This document shows positions 10,331 to 19,651 of a stretch of 64,000 bases of DNA, one piece after another. Source of the DNA: Promethearchaeia archaeon. GTDB taxonomy: Archaea; Asgardarchaeota; Lokiarchaeia; Sigyniarchaeales; SOKP01. A model generated the notes under the pieces. That model was not told the origin of the DNA. It did not search any database and saw nothing but the letters and a program-made list of their open reading frames with translations. Position numbers and translations under genes: made by a program. The stretch spans positions 1 through 64,000 of the forward strand of contig JAHQWG010000050.1 of the NCBI GenBank assembly GCA_029856045.1. The letters run 5' to 3'. Numbering within the stretch: position 1 is the first letter of the stretch; every line of letters starts with the position of its first letter.

Positions 10331-11071
10331 TCAAAGAGACATTTGGATTCTTTTCGAAAATTTTTTCGAGATTATAAGTGCTGTTTCAAAGGGACACTCT
10401 CTCTTAAATTGAATTACACTTATCATTTCTTTATTTACTGCATTTATTGATAAAATTCCAAAATCTTCCAGAGTAATTAATTCATTAAGTTCATCTTTCC
10501 CTGTGATATGCCTTGCTTCAAGCATTCTTATTATCTCAGAAAATATCTTATACTCAAGGGAAGATTTTATTATTCCACCATCTTGTGTTAATAAAGCACA
10601 ATCGATTACAAATGAGGAAAATTTTTGTAGATCTTTAAAAATTTGTTCAATTTTATGAAAAGCTAAATCATCAAGAATTTTTTTATTATTTTCAATTATT
10701 TCTTCCACTGTAGACCCAAATTCAAAAAAATCGGTTATGTTACCATTAAAATCTATCAATTGATCGTAAAACTGCTGAATAAATTTGTTTTTTATTGATA
10801 GCAAATTAGCCCTGAGTGGTAATAGATTATCACTTCTTTCAGCCAAAATTACAAATAAAAGTTCCATTTTCCCAGTTTTTTCAATTTCAAAAATAAATCG
10901 ATATTTTCCCATTTCTATTTGGTTAAGATCTATAGTTTTTAGACTATGTTTCAAAAAGGCATAAATTGCTGAAAGAAAGCTGCTAGTGAGTTTAAGGTTA
11001 AAAATATCATCATATATCTTGTAGTATATCAATTCTCCGCTACTTCTTAAAATGAAAATAGTCTTTATTAT
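10331..11071 (-). CDS. Longin + roadblock/LC7 domain fusion protein
   Basis: In-frame extension gives IIKTIFILRSSGELIYYK...LTSSFLSAIYAF (longin); C-terminal CALLTQDGGIIKSSL (roadblock). Start extended to ATA 11071 after GGTGA. Confidence 0.7.
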   Translation of the reverse strand: MIKTIFILRSSGELIYYKIYDDIFNLKLTSSFLSAIYAFLKHSLKTIDLNQIEMGKYRFIFEIEKTGKMELLFVILAERSDNLLPLRANLLSIKNKFIQQFYDQLIDFNGNITDFFEFGSTVEEIIENNKKILDDLAFHKIEQIFKDLQKFSSFVIDCALLTQDGGIIKSSLEYKIFSEIIRMLEARHITGKDELNELITLEDFGILSINAVNKEMISVIQFKRECPFETALIISKKFSKRIQMSL

Positions 11072-11127
11072 ATTATTTCACCAAGAATATTATCATGATT
11101 TTGATTATTTTATATTTTACTACTATG

Positions 11128-11859
11128 TTAGAATTCGAATTTTGACCATTCATCTTCTTCTTCCTCTTCTTCTTCCCATTCTTCAAGATTTTCAGTCGCT
11201 TCAGCTTCTTTGGCTTCGCTAATCTCCTCTGGTTCATATTCTTCCTCAAAAGAGATAGTTTTTTCTAAATCGGTTGAAAGTTCCATTTCTGCTTTAATTT
11301 GTGGAATTGGTTCTTCTTCCCTCTTAGCTTTCTCAACTAATTTTAAATAATCACCGTGTATTTTTATCGTGATATCAGATTCTTCTTGAAGTAGTCTAAC
11401 AACAACTTCTTCACTTGCTGAAGTGTCATGAGGCATTCGCATAATAACTGCACGACGACCTGTAAAAACACCACTGATAATTTCTACTTTATCACCTTCC
11501 TCGAGATATTCAGTGACAGAACGAGGTACTAGCACATGATTAATTTCTTTTAATTTGATCTGTCCCACAATTCTTCCTTTTATATGTTGAACACCTTGAA
11601 TGGCTCTTTGAACATCTGTTTTTTGAGTAGCTTCAATGAAGATAAAACCAGGTAAAAGTGGAGTAACAAGCATTCCTTTTATGTCAGGTAATGGAGATAG
11701 GATTTTAAATCGATAAAATATTTGCTTCAAAATATTACTTTCTTGATTGAGTGTTGTGCGAACAGCGAAAATGGTTGTATCTACATCAGTTTCCTTTATA
11801 GTCATATCTAAATCGACAGTCTCTGCTTCATCTTCTTCCACTCTTTCCTTATCTGCCAT
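11128..11859 (-). CDS. spt5: Transcription elongation factor Spt5/NusG
   Basis: NGN domain (FAVRTT.NQE, PGFIFIEA) and KOW (GDKVEIISGVFTG); acidic N- and C-terminal tails. Confidence 0.92.
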   Translation of the reverse strand: MADKERVEEDEAETVDLDMTIKETDVDTTIFAVRTTLNQESNILKQIFYRFKILSPLPDIKGMLVTPLLPGFIFIEATQKTDVQRAIQGVQHIKGRIVGQIKLKEINHVLVPRSVTEYLEEGDKVEIISGVFTGRRAVIMRMPHDTSASEEVVVRLLQEESDITIKIHGDYLKLVEKAKREEEPIPQIKAEMELSTDLEKTISFEEEYEPEEISEAKEAEATENLEEWEEEEEEEDEWSKFEF

Positions 11860-12081
11860 TTTTTTTTATTCTCTCTTTTTAATAATAAATATAAATTTAC
11901 TTATTTAAGCATTCTTTCATTATTACTCTTTTCCCAGAAATCTAATTGATTTTAGGAGTTATTAAAATGTTTGATTAAATTTTTAGAAAAAGACAAATAT
12001 TATTAGTCTATTATAAAATATAAAATTTTTGTAAAAGTTGTTGGAGATTTGTAAGTGAAAGATATATTATTCTAACTAATT

Positions 12082-12441
12082 CTATAAGGGAATGTTATTG
12101 ATATCAAGTATCTCAGGCACTTTTCTATTGCGCTCGAGCCAAGCAATCTCATTAGCTCTATACCGCCAAAATATTTCACATTTTCCCAATTTTCCGGCCG
12201 TTTGAGTTTCCCAGTCCCAACTTGAAATTAATACTAAATCCCCCTGACGCATCCACACCCTTTTTTTAATTTTACCACGAACACGACCAATTCGATAAAC
12301 TTTATCCTCACAAAATACGCGCATTCTTTCATTTCCGAGGATTTCAACAACTCTGCCAAACATTTCCCCGTTTCTTCGATTTGGGAATTTAATTCTAAAT
12401 GATTGTGCTTGTTGGGCTTCTTTATGTTTTTTCTTTGTCAA
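12082..12441 (-). CDS. eif1a: Translation initiation factor aIF-1A
   Basis: GEMFGRVVEILG..R..V.C.D...R.GR..GKIKKRVW...GD.V...WD. Confidence 0.93.
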   Translation of the reverse strand: MTKKKHKEAQQAQSFRIKFPNRRNGEMFGRVVEILGNERMRVFCEDKVYRIGRVRGKIKKRVWMRQGDLVLISSWDWETQTAGKLGKCEIFWRYRANEIAWLERNRKVPEILDINNIPL

Positions 12442-12544
12442 ATCTTTTAACCAAATCTAATGTTATATTTCTTTAATTATAATTAAGTTTAAATTTTTTT
12501 CTGTTAAGATTTTTAAAAAGTTCTTAAATAAAATTAAATAAAAA

Positions 12545-12880
12545 CTATATTTTATCATCTGGTATATACTGACTTTTTATAAAAACCACTTTTATATTAG
12601 AATTTGAATCATTTCGGATATTATGCATTTCTTTTGGTTCAATTAAGAAAGCTGAACCTTCTGGTGCAGCAATTTCCTTATCATCAACGATCATTACACC
12701 ATCTCCTAGAATGAAAAAGAAGGTTTCATCTAAGAAGTTGTGCCCGTGGGGTTTATCTCCCATATATTCTCTAGGTTTAAGAAGAATCACCCCCCAATCA
12801 ATACTGGGACCCCTAAAAAGATATTTCACACCAGAATCTCCACCACGATATTCGAAATCAGACTCTTTTACTACTTTCAT
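12545..12880 (-). CDS. Cupin domain protein
   Basis: PHGH...DE.F..G.G...G....I.P.EMH cupin motifs. Confidence 0.85.
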   Translation of the reverse strand: MKVVKESDFEYRGGDSGVKYLFRGPSIDWGVILLKPREYMGDKPHGHNFLDETFFFILGDGVMIVDDKEIAAPEGSAFLIEPKEMHNIRNDSNSNIKVVFIKSQYIPDDKI

Positions 12881-12952
12881 TTATTTTACCTCCAATTATT
12901 CTTTTCATCTTAATTTTGTTTATAATAATTTACATATTTATTTTTTTTAACT

Positions 12953-14191
12953 TTATAATGCATTCAAAAGAATTTGCTTTAGACTTTCTTTATCAGTATC
13001 TCGAGGATTATTATTCAAAGATGACCCTTTCGTATCCTTAACGATGTCATCAATACAATCTTCGGTAATTCCAATCTCTTTTAAATGCAGGGGGATTTCA
13101 CAATGTTTAAAAATTTTTCTAATGAGTTCGATTGTCCAAACAGCTTTATCTTTTATTCTATCTGGGCAATCTTTTATCTTCAAATCAACCTCATTAATAA
13201 TATTGCTCTGAACTGCAATATCCGCAATATAAGCATATTTATTTTGAACATATACTAATTCTGCGTTGTATTCCATCACATATGGCAATAAAAGACCACA
13301 GACTAACCCATGATTGATGTTATGTTTAACTCCAATTGGATGAGCAAATCCATGAACCGCCCCAAGTTTAGAGGTTGCAAATGCTAATCCATCAATGAAA
13401 CTTCCTAGCATCATCTTTTCTCTCAGTTCAATATTTAATAGGTCATTTACTACTTTAGGAAGAGATGGAAGTAATAATTTTATTGATTCAATTGCAAAAA
13501 AATCTGAGAGATAATTAGATGCTTTTGATACAAACGCCTCTATTGATTGAACTAACGCATCAGCACCAGAAAATGTCGTATATTTTTTAGGGCATGAAAG
13601 AACTAATTCAGGATCTAATATTACGACATGTGCCATCATTTTATCTCCACGAATGCTTTGTTTAATTCCTCGTGTAGGGTCAATTACAACTCCGTTATTG
13701 GTCACTTCAGACCCAGTTCCGGAGGTAGTTGGGGCAAGTATTAGTGGAAGTCCCACTTTATCAAAACTTCTTCTACCAACATGATAATCTTCGACTATTC
13801 CATCGTTTGTAACCAAACCAGATATGCATTTAGCGGAATCCATAACACTACCTCCACCTATACCAATTATGATATTTGATTTTTGTTCAATTACAAGTTT
13901 TTTGCCATAATTTATTACAGTTGTGGTTGGTTCTCCTTCAATCTCATCATAAATAAAAACCGAAATATTTGCTTCATTTAAATTTTTTAAGATTTTCTCT
14001 AAATTACCAGATTTCTTAAGAGAACTTTTTCCAGTAACTAAGAATGCATTTAATTCTTTTTTTATATCCTTTTCGCAAATATATCGCGATTGTTCGCCTA
14101 ATAGTGAGATTTTTCCTCTTCCAAAAATTATACGAGGCGATCTAAAGAGGAAATCTTTTTTAGAAAAATTTAAAATTTCCATCGTAATCAT
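12953..14191 (-). CDS. Iron-containing alcohol dehydrogenase
   Basis: GGGSVMDSAK, PTTSGTGSEVT, GAVHGFAH, HGLVC. Confidence 0.92.
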   Translation of the reverse strand: MITMEILNFSKKDFLFRSPRIIFGRGKISLLGEQSRYICEKDIKKELNAFLVTGKSSLKKSGNLEKILKNLNEANISVFIYDEIEGEPTTTVINYGKKLVIEQKSNIIIGIGGGSVMDSAKCISGLVTNDGIVEDYHVGRRSFDKVGLPLILAPTTSGTGSEVTNNGVVIDPTRGIKQSIRGDKMMAHVVILDPELVLSCPKKYTTFSGADALVQSIEAFVSKASNYLSDFFAIESIKLLLPSLPKVVNDLLNIELREKMMLGSFIDGLAFATSKLGAVHGFAHPIGVKHNINHGLVCGLLLPYVMEYNAELVYVQNKYAYIADIAVQSNIINEVDLKIKDCPDRIKDKAVWTIELIRKIFKHCEIPLHLKEIGITEDCIDDIVKDTKGSSLNNNPRDTDKESLKQILLNAL

Positions 14192-14248
14192 CCAAATTTT
14201 AAATAAAATATATTTAAATTATAGCTGATCAAAATTTAATAAAGTTTT

Positions 14249-14701
14249 CTAATCGAATCGATCAGAAACAATTTTCTTTTTTTGTCTTAGATATATAACA
14301 CTTATTCCCAATTTCATTGCCCTTGACCGAAGTCTAGAATCATTTGTTGCCAAATGAACTTTAAAATTATTATTTAATAATTTTTGACATGCTTTAATTA
14401 AAAAATCATCTACGGTTTCTCCAGTTATCCTTTCTATTGGGATCTCACAGAATTTATGAGATCTTAAAATTTTTAAGCCTAATTCTAACTGTTTCTGATA
14501 TTTGACTTTTTTACTTTCTCTTATTTTTTTCCAGTTCAATTCATCTAAAGTGGATTTAAAAACGATATAAGCCAATTTCCCCGGGATGATATCTCTAATT
14601 TCTTCAAAATAATCAATCCCAAACTGAGATGGAATTAAAATAAAATTCGCATCCAAAATGATAAGCTGATGATCTTTTAAGTCATTAAAATAAGATAACA
14701 T
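14249..14701 (-). CDS. PIN-domain nuclease, Fcf1/Utp24-like
   Basis: ILDANF, DEL, VDDFL, LATND..LR motifs. Confidence 0.8.
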   Translation of the reverse strand: MLSYFNDLKDHQLIILDANFILIPSQFGIDYFEEIRDIIPGKLAYIVFKSTLDELNWKKIRESKKVKYQKQLELGLKILRSHKFCEIPIERITGETVDDFLIKACQKLLNNNFKVHLATNDSRLRSRAMKLGISVIYLRQKKKIVSDRFD

Positions 14702-15229
14702 TTATATTTGAATACCCTGGCGTTCTAATATTTCTTGAGTTAAACGTTTAAAGGATTCTTCAACATTTTCACCAGTTTTTGAAGATATCTTGAGATAATC
14801 AAATAAATTTAAATCTTCGATATATGATAAAGCAAAGTCATCATTCACATTTATATCTTCTATTAAATCAATTTTAGTCCCAAGAAATAAAACAGGTAAG
14901 TTAGGGTCGTTTTGGCGCACAATTTGAATCCATTGATCAAGTTTTTCCAATGTTGCAATTCTTGTAAGATCAAACATTAGTAATGCTCCTTTAGCCCCTA
15001 AAACATAACTTCCAAGTAAAAACCTAAAACGTTCTTGCCCACCAAAATCCCAGAGTTGAAGTGTAATCTCATTGTCTCCTAAAATAATAGATTTCAGGAA
15101 AAATTCCACACCTATGGTCATTTTAGTTTCACTAAAAAATTGTCCTTCAACAAAACGACGTAATAATGTAGTTTTACCAACACCTCCCTCCCCTGCTGTA
15201 AGGATTTTCATTATGAACTTTTTAGGTAT
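14702..15229 (-). CDS. Rab-like small GTPase (canonical motif order)
   Basis: GEGGVGKTT, TIGVEF, WDFGGQERF, TKID, SSK. ATG at 15211; probable upstream ATA start at 15229 after GGTGGAG gives IPKKFIMKIL. Confidence 0.92.
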   Translation of the reverse strand: MPKKFIMKILTAGEGGVGKTTLLRRFVEGQFFSETKMTIGVEFFLKSIILGDNEITLQLWDFGGQERFRFLLGSYVLGAKGALLMFDLTRIATLEKLDQWIQIVRQNDPNLPVLFLGTKIDLIEDINVNDDFALSYIEDLNLFDYLKISSKTGENVEESFKRLTQEILERQGIQI

Positions 15230-15451
15230 TTTTTCTCCACCGAAAATTATGAGTTATTTATGTGATTTATAAGATAAAATATGATTATTAATTGTATTTA
15301 GTAATTCTTATTAATAAAATAAATTAATTTCAGAAAAATAAAACTTTTCATTTTTAGAATTGAGATTTGAAGATCTTATATGATCAATTCTTTTTTTTTA
15401 AGATTCATTTATTAATCAAAAAATAGGATTGAATTAAGTAATTCTTAGATA

Positions 15452-15991
15452 TTAATATGTATCCTTATCTCTATACTCTTTTACAGAGATTTCTCTTTCT
15501 GGTAGCCGATTAAATTTTTTAAGAGTATTCAAAATACATTTGACTTCAGATTTTGTTTGTAGATCATATTTTTTCATACCCTCGAGGATTTCCTTCTCAC
15601 CAAATCCTTTTTTATAAAGTTCATTAAACTTATTTACTGATTCTTCGTGAAAATAAATATATCTATTATCCAAATATACAATTAGATATGGTTTTTTGCG
15701 TTGTTTTTGAGATAATTTAAATAACTCTTCTCTAATTTTTCTCAAGGGTTTTTTCATTTTATTAGCAATTGTATCCTCTTCAATCATATAATATTCCATC
15801 ATTTTTGCTTTAAAAGATCTCTTGAAGAAGAGATTAGGAAGATATGACAACAAATATAAAATTATTGCAATACCCACTAACCAAATTGCTAGTATTGGTT
15901 CTATAAAAAAAACAAATATCACGGCTATTAAAAAAATTAGAAACCAGTTACGCCCAACACGTTTGAAAAATACAATAATTTTATTAGGCAT
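15452..15991 (-). CDS. Hypothetical protein with two N-terminal TM helices
   Basis: ORF 15452-16075; likely start MPNKII at 15991. Confidence 0.65.
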   Translation of the reverse strand: MPNKIIVFFKRVGRNWFLIFLIAVIFVFFIEPILAIWLVGIAIILYLLSYLPNLFFKRSFKAKMMEYYMIEEDTIANKMKKPLRKIREELFKLSQKQRKKPYLIVYLDNRYIYFHEESVNKFNELYKKGFGEKEILEGMKKYDLQTKSEVKCILNTLKKFNRLPEREISVKEYRDKDTY

Positions 15992-16120
15992 CGATATTTT
16001 AAGATTATTTTCAAAACTATTTAAATTTTCTAAAAGTAAATCAATTAAATTAAGAGTTTTAAGTAAAATGATCATAATAAATGTAGGAATATTTCAATTA
16101 GATTGATAATAGTGAGTAAA

Positions 16121-16150
16121 GAGTAAAATTAAAATAAAAGTGTTTATTAT
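16121..16150 (+). promoter_or_regulatory. Putative BRE/TATA promoter of the 5S precursor
   Basis: Purine-rich GAGTAAAA followed by TTAAAATA about 25-30 nt upstream of the precursor stem at 16160; weak evidence in AT-rich DNA. Confidence 0.35.
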
Positions 16151-16159
16151 AAATTTATA

Positions 16160-16316
16160 GCATTTCACACTAAACTGGAAGTTAAACAACAAACCGTTAC
16201 AGGTAAGTACTGATATTGCGATTATCGGGAAACTGTAAACTGTTAATTCGTTAACGGTCATAGGATGTTGGAAAAACCTGATCCCTTTCCGAACTCAGAA
16301 ATTTAGTGCGATTTGC
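16160..16316 (+). other. Precursor processing stem with a relaxed bulge-helix-bulge motif enclosing the permuted 5S
   Basis: CACTAAA(16168-74)/TTTAGTG(16302-08) outer helix; CTGG(16175-78)/TCAG(16295-98) 4-bp central helix; bulges AAG and AAA lie 3' of the central helix on each strand. Confidence 0.8.
16181..16300 (+). rRNA. rrf: 5S rRNA gene, circularly permuted (3' half 16181-16246, TTCG linker 16247-16250, 5' half 16251-16300)
   Basis: Reordered sequence folds as 5S: helix I TTAACGGT/ACTGTTAA, helix II GGATGTTG/CAACAAACC, helix III-loop C CTGATCCCTTTCCGAACTCAG, helix V TTACAG/CTGTAA, loop E AGTA/GAA, helix IV CTGATA/TATCGG with GCGA loop; 116 nt. Confidence 0.93.
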
Positions 16317-16322
16317 ATTCTA

Positions 16323-16330
16323 TTTTTTTT
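16323..16330 (+). terminator. Oligo-T terminator after the 5S precursor
   Basis: T8 tract immediately after the processing stem. Confidence 0.55.
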
Positions 16331-16392
16331 AAAAATTCTTGAGTTAATCAAAAAAAAATAAAAATTTTCTATTTAGATTACCATAATCTCTA

Positions 16393-17643
16393 TTATGGAA
16401 AGATTCCCCGTAATTCAATTGCTTTTGCAACTCTTGAGACAGCAATCATATATGCCGCTATTCTATAAGACACATTTTCTTCTTTAACCAGTTTATATAC
16501 AGATTCAAATGCATTAAGAATAATTTTCTTTAGTTCTTTATTAACTCGATCTAAATCCCAATAATATGCATTTATATCCTGTACGTATTCAAAATAAGAA
16601 ACGATTACGCCTCCACCGTTAGCTAGAATATCGGGAATAATAACAGTACCCTTTTTATTAAGAATTTCATCTGCTTTTGGTGTTGTAGGTCCGTTTGCGC
16701 CCTCTAAAATAATTTGACAATTAAGATCATTTGCATTATACTCAGTTATTTGATTTTCTGTTGCTGCAGGAATTAAAATATCACATTTGATTTTAAAAAA
16801 TTCTTCATTAGGAATGATCTTAATAGAATCATCTTTAAAATCAGTAATAAGATTTCCTCTTCTTTGCCATTCTATTAATTCATCTATATTTAAACCTTTC
16901 TCAGAATAAATTGTACCATAATACTCTGAAATTGCTATTATTTTTGTTCCATATTCATACAGCCTTTTACCAATAATAGAACCAACTTTTCCAAAACCTT
17001 GAATTATTGCAGACATAGATTTTAAATCAAGACCTTCTTTTTCACAAAATTTCTCTATCACAAAAAAAATGCCAGTTCCCGTTGCTTCACTTCTACCTGG
17101 GGATCCTCCAATTTCCAAGGGTTTTCCAGTCACAACGCCAGGCATTGTAGCTCCATGTTGCATTGAATATGTATCCATCATCCAAGCCATAGTTTGAGCA
17201 TTAGTACCTACATCTGGAGCAGGAATATCTTTATCTGGTCCAATAATATTGATGATTTCTGCAGTATATCTCCTTGTAAGTCGTTCAAGTTCTCTTTGTG
17301 ATAACTTTTTAGGATCAGCACAAACTCCACCTTTAGAGCCACCTAAAGGGAGATTGTGTAGAGCGCATTTCCAAGTCATCCAAGTAGCTAATGCTTTAAC
17401 CTCATCTAAAGTAACATTAGGGTTAAAACGCACTCCACCTTTTCCAGGACCTCGAATAGTTGAATGGTGAACACGATATCCTTCGAAAATTCTAAGACTA
17501 CCATCATCCATAATAATGGGTATTGAAACAATTAACGATCTTTCTACTCTTTTAAGAAAACTGTGCGTATCTGAATTTAAATTCATTTTTTCAGCTACGA
17601 GTGCCAACTGTTGTTTTGCCATTTCAAAAGGATTAACTTCCAT
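16393..17643 (-). CDS. gdhA: Glutamate dehydrogenase (Glu/Leu/Phe/Val family), paralog 2
   Basis: GPGKGG, MTWK, GGSKGG, DIPAPDVGT, QGFGKVG, EGANGP, PDILANGGGV. Confidence 0.93.
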   Translation of the reverse strand: MEVNPFEMAKQQLALVAEKMNLNSDTHSFLKRVERSLIVSIPIIMDDGSLRIFEGYRVHHSTIRGPGKGGVRFNPNVTLDEVKALATWMTWKCALHNLPLGGSKGGVCADPKKLSQRELERLTRRYTAEIINIIGPDKDIPAPDVGTNAQTMAWMMDTYSMQHGATMPGVVTGKPLEIGGSPGRSEATGTGIFFVIEKFCEKEGLDLKSMSAIIQGFGKVGSIIGKRLYEYGTKIIAISEYYGTIYSEKGLNIDELIEWQRRGNLITDFKDDSIKIIPNEEFFKIKCDILIPAATENQITEYNANDLNCQIILEGANGPTTPKADEILNKKGTVIIPDILANGGGVIVSYFEYVQDINAYYWDLDRVNKELKKIILNAFESVYKLVKEENVSYRIAAYMIAVSRVAKAIELRGIFP

Positions 17644-17741
17644 AAGATTTTCCTTATTAATTTTTCAAATTTATATTAATATTTTGTTTTATAAAAGTTG
17701 TAATTAAATATTACAGATAATATTATCATTTTTTTCCTACA

Positions 17742-18995
17742 TTATGGAAAAATTCCCCTTAATTGTAAGGCTTTTGCAACTCTTGAAACTGCAATCATAT
17801 AAGATGCAGTTCGAAGGGTTTCTTTCTTTTCTTTAGCAACGCTACAAACATTTTCAAACGTATCTAAGATAATCTTCTTTAGTTCTTTATTAACTCGATC
17901 TAAATCCCAATAATAAGCATTTATATCTTGAACGTATTCAAAATAAGAAACGATTACGCCTCCACCGTTAGCTAAGATATCAGGAATAATAATAGTACCC
18001 TTTTTATTAAGAATTTCATCTGCTTTTGGTGTTGTCGGTCCGTTTGCGCCCTCTAAAATGATTTTACAATCGATATCATTTGCATTATGCTTAGTAATTT
18101 GATTTTCCGTTGCAGCAGGTATCAAGAGATCGCATTTAATTTTGAATAGTTCTTCATTGGTAATTGATTTTATAGAATTTCCTTTAAAATCCTTAAGGAA
18201 TTTTCCTTTATCTCTCCATTCTATTAACTGATCTACATCAAGGGCCTTCTCAGAATATACTCCCCCCGCTAATTCAGTAATTGCAATAATCTTACATCCA
18301 TATTCATATAACTTTTTGGCAATAACCGAACCCACTTTGCCAAATCCTTGAATAACCACAGTCATTGATTTTAAATTAAGGCCAAACTTTTCGCAATATC
18401 TTTCAATTACAAAAAAAAGTCCAGTTCCTGCTGCTTCAGTTCGTCCAGGGGAACCCCCTATTTCTATTGGTTTTCCTGTAACAACTCCAGGGATTGTTTT
18501 CCCATGCTGCATTGAATATGTATCCATTATGTATGCCATAATTTGAGCATCTGTACCAATATCTGGTGCTGGAATATCTATATTAGGTCCTATCATATTA
18601 ATTATTTCTGCAGTATACCTTCTAGTAATCCATTCTAATTCTCTTTTTGATACATTTTTAGGATAAACACAAACGCCTCCTTTTGAGCCTCCAAATGGGA
18701 GTCTATGAAGGCTTGTTTTCCAAGTCATTAACATAGCTAAAGCTTTAATTTCATCAAGTGTCACCAATTGGCTATATCGTATACCACCTTTACAAGGACC
18801 AAGAACAGAGGAATGTTGAACTCGAAATCCTTCAAATATTGTTAGGTTTCCATCATCCATGATGACAGGAATTGAAACAATAACTGAGCGTTCTACGTTT
18901 TTGAGAAATTTTTCAATATTTGGAGGTAAATCTATTTTTTTTGCAATAATCTCAAGTTGTTTTTTTGCTATTTCATAAGGGTTAATTTCCCACAT
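17742..18995 (-). CDS. gdhA: Glutamate dehydrogenase, paralog 1
   Basis: Same motifs; tandem duplicate. Confidence 0.93.
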   Translation of the reverse strand: MWEINPYEIAKKQLEIIAKKIDLPPNIEKFLKNVERSVIVSIPVIMDDGNLTIFEGFRVQHSSVLGPCKGGIRYSQLVTLDEIKALAMLMTWKTSLHRLPFGGSKGGVCVYPKNVSKRELEWITRRYTAEIINMIGPNIDIPAPDIGTDAQIMAYIMDTYSMQHGKTIPGVVTGKPIEIGGSPGRTEAAGTGLFFVIERYCEKFGLNLKSMTVVIQGFGKVGSVIAKKLYEYGCKIIAITELAGGVYSEKALDVDQLIEWRDKGKFLKDFKGNSIKSITNEELFKIKCDLLIPAATENQITKHNANDIDCKIILEGANGPTTPKADEILNKKGTIIIPDILANGGGVIVSYFEYVQDINAYYWDLDRVNKELKKIILDTFENVCSVAKEKKETLRTASYMIAVSRVAKALQLRGIFP

Positions 18996-19088
18996 ATTTC
19001 CCTCACTGAAATGATTATTTTAAATTAGAGAGATATTTTATAATGTTTAACTTTTATTTATTAATTTTTACTAAGGACTTGAAAAAAA

Positions 19089-19646
19089 ATGTTAATGCAA
19101 TTAATATATCAGAATTCTAATTTTTTAATTAATTTGCTTATTGTAGGTATGGGCAGATCTTTAGATATTTTAAGCACCTACTATGTTACGGCAAAATTAA
19201 AACTCGAAACTAATAAAATAGCTAGAAGAATTGGTTGGAAAGGGATGATTTTAGTTCAGATTCCTATTTTAATCCTCGGATCTTTAGATTTTTACCTTGC
19301 TCTTTTCATTTTTTTATGGAGTCTATATCTATTTGCCAATAACTTGGAAAGTTCTTGGTTTATTAGAGATAAGGGAGAAGAGCAATATTATAATGATTTA
19401 AAAGATATTTTGAAGCGAACACCGGTAAGAAAAATAATAATTGGTGAAATTTCATTGATTTTTTCTTTTAGTGTCTCAGGAGTTTTTATGTTAATTCTAG
19501 TTTTTATTTTTCGAGATTTTATTGCAGCGTTTTTTATTGGTCTCGCAATGGTTTGTCATGGGTTATTAGGTTCTTATCGTTCTCTCAGGTATCTCTTATC
19601 ATTAAGAAAATATGAATTAACTGATAAAACCAATGAAGCAATTTAA
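19089..19646 (+). CDS. Hypothetical membrane protein
   Basis: LDILSTY...E.N..AR motif with several TM helices. Confidence 0.65.
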   Translation: MLMQLIYQNSNFLINLLIVGMGRSLDILSTYYVTAKLKLETNKIARRIGWKGMILVQIPILILGSLDFYLALFIFLWSLYLFANNLESSWFIRDKGEEQYYNDLKDILKRTPVRKIIIGEISLIFSFSVSGVFMLILVFIFRDFIAAFFIGLAMVCHGLLGSYRSLRYLLSLRKYELTDKTNEAI

Positions 19647-19651
19647 TTTTT

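Noticed and set aside
16181-16300. Two tandem truncated 5S copies or an assembly artefact
   Set aside because: The halves are exactly complementary with only a GAA overlap, are joined by a UUCG loop and are enclosed in a paired processing stem, which is unlikely by chance. Read-level confirmation is still advisable.
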